This document shows positions 14,325-27,400 of a DNA stretch of 64,000 nt, piece by piece. Each line of letters starts with the position of its first letter. Positions within the stretch are counted from its first letter, which is position 1. The stretch comes from Psilocybe cubensis (taxonomy: Eukaryota): contig CM039008.1 in NCBI GenBank assembly GCA_017499595.2, positions 2,852,001 to 2,916,000 of the forward strand, given 5' to 3'. The notes below the pieces were generated by a model. That model was not told the DNA's origin and made no database searches. It saw only the letters and a list, made by a program, of their open reading frames with translations. The position numbers were made by a program, and so were the translations under genes.

Positions 14325-14522
14325 TTTCAATAGTAGAATCATTGTCATGAGATTGATGTGAGGTTTGGCATGTTTACAGATATTAAAGATTGGTCGACAT
14401 GGTAATTGGAGAAATCGTTGCATATTTCCAACATTTCAAGGCCAATTAGACGGAGGTTGCTGTACCAAGGATGAAATGGACCAACTGTGAGCCGGAAACA
14501 TATTTGAATCTTGCAAGATAAT
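14325..14522 (-). pseudogene. Internally deleted fragment of the F-box/LRR family (third copy)
   Basis: Reverse complement matches copy A 6808-6873 (gcaagrttcaaatatgtttccgg..tccatttcatccttggtacagcaacctccgtc) and then 6945-7075 (ttaccatgtcgaccaatctttaata..catgccaaacctcacatc), skipping about 70 bp. Confidence 0.8.
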
Positions 14523-17181
14523 TCTCCATTTTTTCGTGGGATGGAATTCTAGCAGTATTTCACTGAGGGTAATGCGAAGCCTAAAATGCGACAATATGAT
14601 TAGTGCCAGCTCCATTGGTTCAAGGAAAGGCAATATCTTACCTTCTTTTGAGGTGGAAAACCCATACTTGTCACCGAGTACCGGTGCACATTTTGAATAT
14701 TTACTCGCATCATTTTACAGCTGCTGTAGGCACACTTGAGTGGGTGTTTGATGCTGCGATGAGTAAGGTGGTTAACTGAGAAGAATTGATAATGTGTAGA
14801 TATGATGGTGCTTGCGTACTGTATTCATCCTATCACACGCTGCGCTGCCATTGTCCATGGAAAGGATCCACAAATATTAACAATTAGTTGAATGGAGATT
14901 TTTGAGAAAACATGGCAACGATACCCATTCTCTGCCATGAATATCTTCGGCAAATATGACCATAGGCTGAGAGATCTAATGCGGCAAACTAGGCAGCTCC
15001 AAATAGAGGGATGTAGCGATAGACAGATAATAGAACAGAATATGAGGTTTCTGCAGGCATATTGTGATAATCTGTTACACAAAGGCGTGATATACGCATC
15101 GCGACAGTAATGGGTCGAGAGGAGGATGCATAATGCACTGCTGCGATCCTTTATCAGCATGGATTTTGATACTCTGACACCTATAAAACCTCCTCATTGT
15201 CTGTATCATATGAAAACCGACGGCTATATCACCCGTGCAGAACCCACTACCGTATAACTTCTTCCTCGGTTACATGACTTATACCGGAGCAGAACCATGT
15301 TCCCAGGAAGCTCTGTCTCACAAAGCAATGACAATAACCAATTCTTCTGCTGAAGAGATACTATTATTACAGGACATAATCATCATTGGAAAGTTAGTCG
15401 TTGGAACAATTCATTTCTAATCGAGCAACGGGTTAATCGTGCAATCAGCTGACAGTCCATTCACAATATCTGAAATCTGATGACAGTCGTAATTCTCCGT
15501 ACATCACACAGAAACTTAACTCCCAACGCTTGAGAATGCGTTTGGTCCAGCTGACACCAGACGAATCGGGTGTTTTCGGCTTGTACGATCCGAATTACAA
15601 TCTCCGTCCGAATTCTACGTCACACTGAACCAACGTCGTGTCCGATTTTGAAGGCCGGTGGGTTCCCTTGACCACACCCCTAACAAAAAACAACAACAAG
15701 ATTTCACTCCACTAATTATGCTCGCATGGGATTTCAGGCCATGAACCCAAGGTTTCAAGTTGTGCTGAACATGTATGGGAATATGGGCACCTTTAGGGGT
15801 TAATCGATGGACGGTAGCCTGTCGTGTGATGTGGGTCTAGTCGAGGTACGTGGAAAAGGTGTTCTTCTCTACACAATTCGATATATCTGTTGATTCCTGC
15901 CATTCTATATCTGGCTGCGTCTTTTTCGTCCTCCTCGGTCGCCCTGCACTGCCTTCCAATACTGAGGCAGCCTGCCCTCGAAACAGTATTACTGGGGCTT
16001 GTATTTGTACCGTTCCCGTCTCAGTCACCATCCTTTTTCACGCCAGCGAATGTTGCTTCTATCAACCAACAACTAACACGCAAAGTGATGCAGGAACAAA
16101 TGCGCGTTTATGCCTCAGGTGTTGTGTATCATTACGGCGACATTTTATGCGCTAACCACCAGTCTCTTCCGCCGTTTACAATGCTATTCCTTGTCTTTTT
16201 GGGCAAGGCTGTTTGGGGCTTTACTGTTAGTCTTACGACGCGATAGTAGTGTGTGGGGTGTGGGTGAGGTGATGGTGATAATAGATGATGTGCACCCAAT
16301 GCACGTTTTCGACACCGCACCGTCTGACTCACCCGGCTGTCCTACCGCTCTTTACTTGCATTTCCACTAAACTGAATCACCACTGCTTCAAGAGGCCTGT
16401 AAATTTTATCTGCTTGTGACGGTGATGGACTCAAATCGTTCAAACGCTCTAACTATGCGTGACACACTTTAGCGCACTTATTTGCCTCCGTACGCATTCA
16501 CTGGTGTGGCGCCTCCGAAATTCTTGATATTTTGTCAGTTTCTGGTATCTGTCTTTCTTCACAATAAAAATGTGTGTGTAATTGTATTTTTCTCAGCGCA
16601 GGTGGACTTCGCCCGTCTCTGCCTTTGCACTCCTGCGCTCTGCCATCTCCCTCTGGCGTTGGGATAGAATCCACCTAATAACGGCTGTGGACGTTAAACA
16701 AACAACTTCTTGGCTAATGGAACCTGGGTCGATCTATGTGAGAATCGAATCCGAGTTTACCAAGTTCGCCTGTTGACTATATCTGCCTTAGTTTGGGTTG
16801 TGAGCGGCTTGTTTTTGGTAACCTTCAGTCTGGTTGTCTCCACTTTAAGGTTGGAATGGCTTGGGCGCTGTACTCTATTCAAGGGTACTATATGATAGGT
16901 CCTCAATTTGTACCGTTCATTGATAGAAATAGTCTTCAATGGAGTGTTATATGTTTCCAAAGGCCGTAAAAGCCATGTATATTGCATGATCTATGATACA
17001 GAGCTCTAAAAAGCAGGGTAGGTGTAGAAGAGATAAATAATGATATGATAGTAATACAATGTACTGATGGATGAACGAAATATGAATGAAGAAAATGAAT
17101 AGTGGTATGTACAGTGGTGGATAGGAAAAGAGAGAATAAAGATTATAATAAAGATATCACACAAATAAGGGACGAAGCTGG

Positions 17182-18558
17182 TCACCAAGACTGAGAATTA
17201 AATCCATCCATCGAACGCAAGAAGGAGGGACCATCCAGCGAACCGAACCCCGCAACGTTTCCGCTAGGTACCAAAGGAAGTTGTATTGAATCAGCCCAAG
17301 ATCCCAAGTACGGCACCTCAGAACACCATCCCTTGTTAAACGGCGACGTCTCCTCCAAAGCGTTGAACATGGATGCAGCTTGAAGATACTCGTCAACAGC
17401 CAGTAATGATGGGTCGATGGAAAGACCCCCATTTGCTGCCGAAGTAAGATCGACGTCCTCGGAGTGTAGAGGTGGGAAGATGAAGGAGTTGAAATCCTGA
17501 TTTGAGGCGGACTGGGCTGGGAATCCGATGGCTTCGTATCCGGGGTGAGTTTGGTAGCTGAACTGGCTGAATGGGGTTGTGTTTGGATACTGAGGTTGTT
17601 TGGAATAGCAAGCCTGGTCTGCAGTAAGCTCGCCCGGGAATGGTTGGTAGATGTAGTGGGTGAATGGGTTCGTGCTTTGATATGGAACTTGCTCTTCGTA
17701 GATGTTATACGGGAGCATAGGCCCGCTCATCTCCTCGTGGCTTGCATAAGGCACGGGGAACATCTCCTGCGCTGGAACATCACTCGCTCTCGCTTTAGAA
17801 GACGACGGAGTGGAAGACGACGGAATGTTGGGGTAGAAGGAGGACGAAGATTTTGGAGAGCCGGCATCGAGGACTGGGAGGGAAGTATGTACGGAGAGGT
17901 CGGTGAGGGTGTCGATAGGCCTGGCGGCCTTCCGTCTCGTCGACCTTCGACGGTACGTGGAGCGTGAGGGACCTGGAGATGTCTCATCGCTCCTAGGTGC
18001 TGGAGCGACCTGGCCAATGGGAATCGTACGTGCGCGCCGCGCGGGCACAAACTCCGGGTGTACACTACGCTTGTGGCGGCTCATCAGCGATGGATCCGCA
18101 GTGGCGAATAGACAGTCGTCGAAAGGACAGAGGTCCTTTTCGTCCGTGCTGTAACGAAGTTGGTGAGAATGAGATGGATTTTGGAATGGGAGAAGATAGC
18201 TTACTGTTGTGATCTGATGTGAACCTTGAGCGCGCAAGCTGAGCGTGTCTCAAAAGTGCATTCTGTGCACTTAAACACCCTTAAACAAAAAAAAAAATAT
18301 AAGCCAAATAAACAAAGAAAAGAGGCAAAAAAACAATTACTTTTCTCCATGGGTCAGCATGTGCCGGTCCATATCAGATTGTCTGCTGAGTACCTTTCCG
18401 CACTTTATGCATGGGTCGCTAAGTCCCGTCTGAAAAAAGACAGACGCAAGAACAATTAGCTCGGTGGATAATATGGAGAAAACACGTGATGATAATACCT
18501 TTGACTTCTTTCCGCCGCGTGTGGCACGTCGCGCAGTTCGACTTCTGGTGGCAGGCAT
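17182..18558 (-). CDS. C2H2 zinc-finger transcription factor, 3 fingers, long S/P/Y/acidic C-terminus (copy A; 4 exons)
   Basis: MPATRSRT.. | CIKCGKVLSRQSDMDRHMLTH | FKCTECTFETRSACALKVHIRSQH | CPFDDCLFATADPSLMSRHKRSVH, separated by GT-AG introns. Confidence 0.88.
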
Positions 18559-18940
18559 GATGCGGTGGTGTTGAATTTAGTAGGGTGATGGGGGAGGGTT
18601 TGGACTGTCCGGGGAGGGATAGGTCGAACGACTTGATCCACGAAGCTTGATAGTAGCTAATTTGCTCTGTAAATGTCCCCCCATCGCGCAGAAACTTATA
18701 CAGAAAAAAAACTAGGTGGATTGGTTTCGCTTAACACCAGCTCAATTACCATAGAAGGACGGGTTGAAGCAGACTTGCCAGGGGAGGAAACAGCGCAGGC
18801 CGTAGACGCCGTACAGAGTAACTAAAAACCATGCCGTCGACCAATCCGCGCTTTGACGGTGTGGTTTTTACTGCGTTTGGAAGGTGATGAGGTGAAGAAC
18901 TGGGAGGTGGGTCATATGCTTCGACGCATGGACGTTTGTG
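18559..18940 (-). promoter_or_regulatory. Upstream region conserved with the paralogous ZF gene (CCAAT and TATA-like elements)
   Basis: Aligns by eye to 32370-32743: ccaatccacctagttttttt..gtataag, gaagcagacytgcc and tttactgcgtttggarggtg blocks. Confidence 0.7.
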
Positions 18941-21031
18941 TGGCGCGGAGGGTTGAGAGGGAGTGGCATGGAGAATTAATGGACTGTTATGGAAGGTGTG
19001 TTTGTTGGATTTTGTTTGGTCTGGTCCTGTTACGATTTCGCATTTAGGCATATTAAAGCGGAGTTTGAAAGGGACATACCACCAAGCGGAGACAAACACC
19101 CCTTTGATAACGCCATCACCCACGCCTTGGAGCTTGGACCATACCACCGACCTACTGACATAACAGTCCTGAAGCTCTAAACGTGCTGCGCCTTCCGACA
19201 AGGCATCGAGCAATCGAGAATAGCGCATCAATGCCGCACAAGGGCACTCGTCCCCCTGCAGATGCACTGCCCGGGCCCAGCAACACCCAGATCAGTGAGT
19301 GAAAGGGACCGGGACGCCAGTCGCTTTCAGCGATGAACGGTATGATCGTGATTGGTTGTGTTGTCGGTGTGGGATTGGGCGATATGCACGGTGTTGGATG
19401 CGGCTTTGGGAATGCTATCCAGGCGTTTGGAAGTGGGTTCTGGGCACGGTGGATGGGCGCGGTACAAACTATCATTCACGGAGGATGAGATCTAGAAGGG
19501 GCGCGTCTGCGCCCTGCTCTGGCTCTGACGAGTCATGAATTGGATCTGACCTCCTATGGTGATTATTGATAGCTGATACAGTACAGTATCTACCATTTGG
19601 TTTATGGGACACGACGCGGCGGTGTGTACGGGTCCTGCGTACCCTTCGCAGCGCATGTGGCTCACGCTTTGGGCTGCATCCTGCCGGTTCTGAACTCCTT
19701 TGGGGTGAATCGAGGATGGAGGCTCTGAGTGTGTATCAATTGTTGTTGCAGAAGGCCGGGACTCTGAGCACGGGTGGCTCGGAGGCGGTGCGATTTGGAG
19801 GGGACGGGGATGAGACATTGAACGCGCGCACGCGTGTGTGTGGGTGTGAGGAATGTAGTGGATGAGCGGTGGTGTGGGTTTTGGTGGGTGTTTGTGGGAT
19901 AGGGGAGAGCACTTGGTGGCTTGTGTGGAGGTCCGCGAGGAGTGAGCTGGGTTTTGAGCGAGTTGGCAGATTGTTGACGAGGAAGAGTGGTCTGTTAAAT
20001 GGGCTCCTTACTTTGGGTGTTGGTGTTGGGATTTGAATGGATACGAACAGGCTGACTGTGTGTGTGTGTGTGTGTGTGTGATGTGAAGGGGTATTTGTTG
20101 TATTCGAAATGTCTTTCTGGAGCGGTATAAGGACGGAGAGAAACAAAGAACAAATGACAAATGACAAAGGAGGACGTGTTTTCGTCTGTGAAATTTTTAT
20201 GACTGGTACGTGTACCGAGCGCGGTAAAGAGTCTTTGTGCGGACGACGTATGTGTCGTTTTGTCCAGGTAGGTAGAACCGAATGAATGAAAATGAACGAT
20301 TTGACGATTTGACGATATGAGGACGCGAAATATGAGATGACAAAAACCTTCTTTGTCATTTTTTTTACTATTTTAGAGTGGGAAGTGGAAATGGCAATTA
20401 GAGGTGGGCGGTTGAAAGGGATAATCTCATCTGAAAGATAAAGGGAAGTGATGAGGGTACCATTGAACGTTTGAATATTGAATGATTGTGCGGATAGCAA
20501 GTGACAAATCCTTATTTCGTTACTTCTCTGGAGTAGCGGCACACATACACGCGTGCTCAGCAAAATACACATGCATGCATGAAGTATGATCCCTCGGTTT
20601 TGGCAACGAGTACAAGCGCAAGATCAACCTACTGCTGCGTCCTCGTCCAACGCCCATGTCATAGCCACGTGGTGCGTGCAGGCTGAACTCACAGGTGCGT
20701 AGGGAGTCAAAGAAGAGAGAAAGAGCTGACATTGTTATTTATTTTTTAAGCAGTGAACAACGATAGCAAGGTTGAAGGAAGAAACTTTGACAATTTAAAG
20801 TGCTGATATGGGAACTACAATGGGTCTTAATGATGCACTATGCCCTATGCACTTCGCGCGGCCAACACTTCAACTTACTTCAGCCTTTACCCATCTTCAA
20901 CAGAGACATGATAATTTAATGAGGCTCACTCACAAGGGTTAATGCTCTGTCAAATAATTTCACCTTGTTGATTGTACCGTTCCACTCAGCCTGGTCGACT
21001 TTGGCGTATTTTGCCCGTCCCAAGGTAATAG

Positions 21032-21485
21032 AGGACCCGGGAAGCTCCCCTAGAGGTCTGTCCGCTTTTTGCGGATTTGAGGGCCAAAATTTGGCCAAAT
21101 CATTGTCCTACTTTTGGCGGATTTGAGGGCATTTTGACCCAAGCATTATCCGCTTTTTGCGGATTTTAGGGCCAATTGGACAAGATTTTTTCAAAAAAAT
21201 TTCCATCACGTCGTCCATGGGAAACCGTGCCCTAAAAGAGCTTTTTTGGGTCCAATTAGGCACCAACAATGGCATTTTGCCAGTAAAACACTTGAAAGCG
21301 TGACTCCGGCATTATCCGAGGCCGCAATCAATTTTCAGGCCCCGCGGGGAGAAAAAATTTCCCAATTAGGAAGGTCTAAATATCATTGTCCGCTTTTGCG
21401 GATTTGAGGCCCAAAAGAATGTGGATTTGAGGGCCAAAATCGGGCAAAAAAGCGGACAGTCCTCTAGGGGAGCTTCCCGGGTCCT
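21032..21485. mobile_element. MITE, 454 bp, ~39-bp TIRs, 8-bp TSD
   Basis: TIR aggacccgggaagctcccctagagg(t/a)ctgtccgcttttt at both ends (1 mismatch). TSD GGTAATAG at 21024-21031 and 21486-21493. About five internal copies of tccgctttt(t)gcggatttgagggc. Confidence 0.92.
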
Positions 21486-24418
21486 GGTAATAGATTTCTG
21501 GTTTAAGCTGTTATTATAATCAAGCACGGAAACAACACCAAATAGCGACTTGCCGCGGGGACATCATAAATCTCCTCTTGCATGATATGAGTGAACACAA
21601 CAGAACCATCGACGAAGAGCGTGATATGGTTCCCAGACTTGATTCAGACCAGCGCGAGGTGGATGTCAGCGTTGGGCCCGAAGGCGTTGATCTGGCTCTC
21701 GACGGACTTTGACGCGTCGTGATGTGCTGACCATGTACGCGAAGTAAAGGCGCATGGTGCTGGGTTCGAGCGCGATGTTGAACAGCGAGGTCGCGACGTC
21801 CGCGCTCTCGATCGTCGGGAACGTGCACCGGCAAATCGGATGTGCTGGCAGCCCGGAGCCGGCCGGAGACGGTGAAGGAGCTGGTGAGGCGGAAGCTTGG
21901 GATTAGGGTGTCGCTGACGAAGCTGACGATTTGTCCGGGTGTTGTGGATCCTCCTCTGATACTAGGCAGGTCATTGGTTAGTAGAACGGTCGTTTTTGGT
22001 GGTTGTGCTGCGTACCCTAGCGACAATTGGGGCGGGAAGGTCCAGATAGGTTCAAAATGTGCGGCGAAGGACACAATTTTGCAGATGAAGACAGCGCAAG
22101 TGCGCAGGAGAAAATGGGTTGAAAATGCGGGTGTTGTTTGGGATGCTGTCTTTCTACCAAATACCCTGTTGAACGGCTTATATATGCTTTTATGTCTGAC
22201 CAGCTGGGACATTGTGTTCATTGGGATTTTAGTATGCAAGGATTTGGTTCCGGCGTTTAGACGCTCTGCAGCTTCGAATTATCCTTGACTCCATATTCCG
22301 GGGCACTTGTGGTTGCATCATGATCATGCTGGTGGTGGTGGTGGTGGTGTAGCAATCGAAAGACTTCTGACAAGTTGGCCACCTAGTGCGTTTGTGAACG
22401 CTCCGGTGGGTAGGTCAGTGGTCGTTTTTGGGTTGTACTAGTATACGTGGATTGGCATCCGGCATGTACAATCCCCGCTCGATCAGAATTGAAGGAGCGG
22501 TTGAGCGGATCATGGAAGCCGGTGATCATGCATGGTCTTACTGTACATGTGGGTTAAAGATCAACTGTCCCTCCCGAATAGAGGTACTAGATTCTCAAGG
22601 TAATGTAATTAAAACCGATTTTACATGCATTGAATGTAAGTTATGAGGATATCGACGATGATAGGGTTGACGAGGCAGATCAGGTCTGAATGAGCTTCGA
22701 TTTGTGGATTTTGTAATTAAGGGTTACACCTGGGGTCTTGGGCACCGCTGAACATAGCTGTGACAGTATAAATTCCATCTGGTCCCCGTATGTTTTTTTT
22801 TTTTTTTTTTTCGCGTCCGTCCCGGCTTACGGGCAATAAGCGCTCGATTGATGTAGCAGTGTGGTTGATGGAAAGAACATTGGATTTGGCATGATGGTTA
22901 TATTATACTATACTATGTTCTACTTCAAGCTTCAATCAAGTCTTGTTATCGTGTAAATGGTCGGCGTGAGCGAGAGCGAGAGCGACGCGTTGTTCACGAA
23001 TTGACAAGGTAGCGTGCCTAGTGAACAAATAATTAAACAGAGGATTCAGAGTGGGAATATACATCATGATATACGGCGCGGAAAGAAATTATGGAGCTGC
23101 GACTCTGAGTGTGACGATGAAATTGAAATTGAAATTTTATGGGTATGCAGAAGAGAGATAGATAGGAAAGCTGTATTGCATATGCGGACTCGGATCCCAA
23201 TGTCAAAAATACGCGATTAGAACTTCAAGTTAGACTGGAGATCTGAGGTGTCTCGTCAACCAACCAACCAACCGTACGATGATCTGCTAGTAGAACTAGA
23301 ACTAGAAGCGAGCGAAAGGCGCGTGTATCCAGTCCGGACTTTGTCAATGGAAGACCCGGAAAGCTGTGCACATGCAATTGCGATTGCAATCACTTGGTAA
23401 TTTGAATCGCACGTCAATTTGAATAGGTAATTGTGGATTTTTTGAGATAGTGAGAAGAAGTTAAAGCGAGGAATGTGTGTTGGTGATCATGAAGAAGTCC
23501 TGGGAGATGAATCAGGATAGAGAAATTGAGATTGAGGTGAGTGTTGGACTGTTAGGTTCTTGAAAATTTAAGCTGTTGCTGTCAAGTTTGAAGGTGGCAA
23601 TGGAAAGGTTTATCGATTATCTTCCGAGTCATCGTCAAATCTGGACTTGGAGTTGGAGTGGTCAGTCAGTGGTCAGTGGTGCGGTGCAGTTGGAATAGTT
23701 ACTGGTACATGCACACGTGTAGCGTGATTTAATTAAACGATGATCGCAGATTGGGGCGTACAATGTGTATTATGTATGCAAGATATTTTGCATTTAGGGT
23801 GAGTTGCTTGAATTGAGTTGAATTGTATTGTAGTGTATTGTTGTGGAGGATGTCGGCTGTCCGAGTCTGTGTATTGGGTGTCGACTCGACTGTGATCATA
23901 CTATTACTAGGTGTAGTTAGCTGTAGACTTGGATTTTCTAGTGTTTTCTACGCCCTTCCTTTCCCTTCCCTTCCCTTCCCTTCCCTCGGCGACGGCGTTG
24001 ACAAACCGCCTTAGTATTACTATTAGTATTAGTAAGATAGAAAGCCGCGTCAGCCTTCATCAAAGAATTACTTGAAGGAACAGAGATAAGATTAGATAAA
24101 TTACTTACACGTGACGTCAGACCCCATCACCCGACACCCGGAGAAGAGAAGGGGGAGGCTTACGCAGTCGTCAGTCCGGGTTGTCTGTTGGCTTACTCTG
24201 CTTTTTTCGATTTCTTTGTTTCTTTGTTTCTTTCTTCTCTGCTTTGAATCGGTCTGGTTTGGTATCTCGTATCATCGATCGTGTTCTCTGCTGTGTTACT
24301 TGGTTGGTAGGCGGATAGACTTCGACACTCGACAGTTGCAATTTAGACGATATCTGACGGAGCGAAGAACGCATACGCACGCACACCACACATACACACG
24401 CACACATCCACATCCAGC

Positions 24419-27400
24419 ATGATCCCAGCATTCGGCGACGAACACAAGCGCAAGATCAACCTGGGCGGAAGCGGCGCGCTCTCCTCCTCAAGCGCGGCGG
24501 ACATCTTCTCGCGGGTGCAGGCTGAGCGGCAGGCGCGGCGGGAGGCGAAGCGGAGGGAGGCGGCGGCTGTGAGGGTTCAGGCTGTTTGGCGGGGGTGGGT
24601 CGGGAGGAGGGAGGTGAGGAGGGGGGTCAGGGCGTGGTTGGTTGCGGAGGGGGAGGGGGATGGGGAGAGTATGGATGTAGATGGAGAGGGGGTTGGGGAG
24701 GGGGAGGGAGATGGGACGAAGAGTGTGTTGAGAGCTTTGAGGGGAGTTGTGATTCTCGGCCGCGACGAAGAGGTGTTGGGTCGATGGTGCGCTGAGACGG
24801 TCCGCCGCGGTGTACAGGCGCTTTGGGCTCCGGCGTTGCAGGCGGATAGCGGAGACGCGCGGAGCTGGATCGTGCTGATCAGACAGCTTGCGGTGCTGCT
24901 CTTGAGAGAGGTCGCGGATTCGCCGCGGTATGTGGTTTTTTTCTTTGTGCGTTGGTGCGTTGGTGTTGATGGTGGTGGTGGTGTAGATCGGATAATGCGC
25001 GGGTGTATCTCCAGGTGCTGAACATGCTGCTTGCGCCGTCTGTTACTCAGACCGACAAGGCGGCGGAGGTGTGTAGAACGCTTACGGGGTATCTCATCGA
25101 CCACGGATTCTATCCGTTCCTCGGGCGCGCAATAGCTAACATTGTAAGTCTGTAATGCGTATTTTTTTTATTTTGTATATTGACTTTGTTGGTAGCCTGT
25201 GTCGGCGAAAAACTCGCCGAGTCTTCCTGCACTTCTTGAGCTCGTGACTATTCCGCTCTCGACTTTCCCCGCTCCCCCATCTACGCAAACGCAACAGAAA
25301 ACTACAACTACGTCATCCACAGCTACATCCGAATCGAGACAATGTGGGGAACAGGAACTGCAACACGCGTACATACTTGCCTCCATCTTCGCTTCCATAC
25401 TCACCATCCCGCTCCTCCCGAACCGGCTCCCGCTTGATTTGCTTGCGCGCTTCGTGCACAGTCTGCCGCTCGCTAGACTCGATGCGCTCGATCCGCTTCT
25501 GGGGGTTGTCCTTGCCCCTTCGCCTTCGCCTTCCCTCTCCTCTTCCCCTCCTCTCTCTCAATCCCAGTCCGCGTCCCGTTCACAGGTAGAGCCCGCTGAG
25601 AGCACGAGCACGGGTATACACCCGATCCGTCCTTTAAGCGTAGAAGCCAAAGTACATCTCGCAGCTACACTCTACACGTTCGTTGCGCCCAACTATAAAG
25701 CGCTCCCGCCGCTTGCGATGAGGACGTATCTTGCGCTCGAGACGGGGTTGTTGGGGGCGTTTCCGGTGGGGTTGGTGTTGAGTGAGGATGGGGGTGGTGG
25801 GGCGGGTGGAGAGGGTGGGAGTGGGGAGGGTAGCAAGGAGAAGGAGACGGAGGTGGGGAAGGAGAAGGGCAAAGCGAGTAAGAGGAGGAAGGTGAAAGGT
25901 GGTAGTGCTGGTGGAGACGGAGACGAACAGCGCAGTCGGAGCGCATCGCGCGATGCTCGCTCTCCCTCTGCCATTCCACAGCCTACGCGCGTAACAGTCG
26001 TATCCTCCTTCACACCCCAACACGAACACGATACTCCTTCACCCTCAACCTCAACCGCACCACCAAAACCGATAATAATAGACACCAAAACATCAAAACG
26101 CCTCCTCAACCTCCGCGCACCTTCACATCTTACGACCTTGCTGGGCGTAACGTATGCGAAACGGGCGCTGTTTGAGGGGGTGGTGGAGTTTTTGTTTGCG
26201 TTGGGGAATGCTTTTGGTGGGGTTGTGTATGGTGGGGGTGGGGGTAAAGATAAAGATGGAGAGAGGGAGAGGGGTGTGGGTGGTGGGACGGGTGTAGGTG
26301 CGGGTGCGGGTGCGGGTGCGGGTGGAGATGTGGAAGAACGTGTCCTCAGCGCTGTCCTAGCAGCTGGAGGAACAGGGGGAGGGGGAGGGGGAGCGGGAGG
26401 GATTGTGAGAGCTCTATACAGGGATTTGGTACGCGGATCTGTGTTGGGGAGGGAGGAAGGCGGGGTTGGTGTTTTGTTGGGTGAGTTTTTTTGGTTTTTT
26501 TGGTTGGGTTTTTTTTTTTTTTTTTTTGGGGGGGGGGGGGGGGAGTTTTTTAGGTGGGATGTTTTTCTGGAGTTTGGGTTTGGGTTTGGGTTTGGGATCT
26601 CTTGGTTGTCTTTTTTTTTCGGTTTTTCGTTTTGCTTTGTTTTTTTTTTTTTTTTTTTTGGAGGGAGTTCTCTGTGTGTTTTTTCTGTGGTTTGTTTGGT
26701 TGGTTGATCCTTCTTTGTTTTTGGTGGGACATTTGAAAGGAGGAGTACGGAATACGAGGAGACGGTTGTGCTATTCTGTGCCTCTGATTCTGATGCGTCT
26801 GCGGTAATGGGCGGTTGAATTGTTAGGGGTGGGTGAAGTGTTAGGGGTGGGTTGGTGTGGTTGGTTGAAGTGGTTGAGGTGGTTGGAGTGGTTGGGATGG
26901 TTGGAGTGGTTGAAGTGGTTGGTTGGAGTGGTTGAGGTGGTTGGTTGGGATGGTTGGTTGAAGTTGTTGGTTGAAGTGGGTGGAGTGGTTGAAGTGATTG
27001 GTCGATGTGGTTAAGATGAAGTGGGTTTAAGTGGTTGGGGTGGTTGGGATCAAGTGTTATGATCGAGCGCGCGAGTGCGACTTTCGAAGTGCGAGGGGCG
27101 TTTTGAAATATGTGCCCTTGGGGCGCCTGTGCGCTTGTGCGGCTTGCCCGCATGTGCACCTGTTGTCCTGTGGTCCTGCGAGAAGTGGGAAGCGTTGTGA
27201 AACCCTCCGTGGAGGTGGAGGTGGAGACAGTATGTTGGAGGTGGGAGGTGGAGGTCGTATTTGCGATGTGCGGTATATTGTTGGTGCACGGTGTTTGACG
27301 TTGGTGCATAGGTGTGTGTGTCGGATGGTGGATGGTGGATGTGAGATGATACACGGTGTTTTTGGTGTTGGGTGTTGGGTCGGTGTTCGTGTTCGTGTTT

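Noticed and set aside
14064-15160. Possible pheromone receptor or membrane gene
   Set aside because: The recognisable part is an F-box paralogue fragment; no STE3 motifs.
19736-20572. 278-aa ORF upstream of the ZF gene
   Set aside because: No domain, spans a (GT)n microsatellite; probably intergenic.
26821-26852. TTAGGGG telomere-like words
   Set aside because: Only two non-tandem copies inside a G/T-rich intron.
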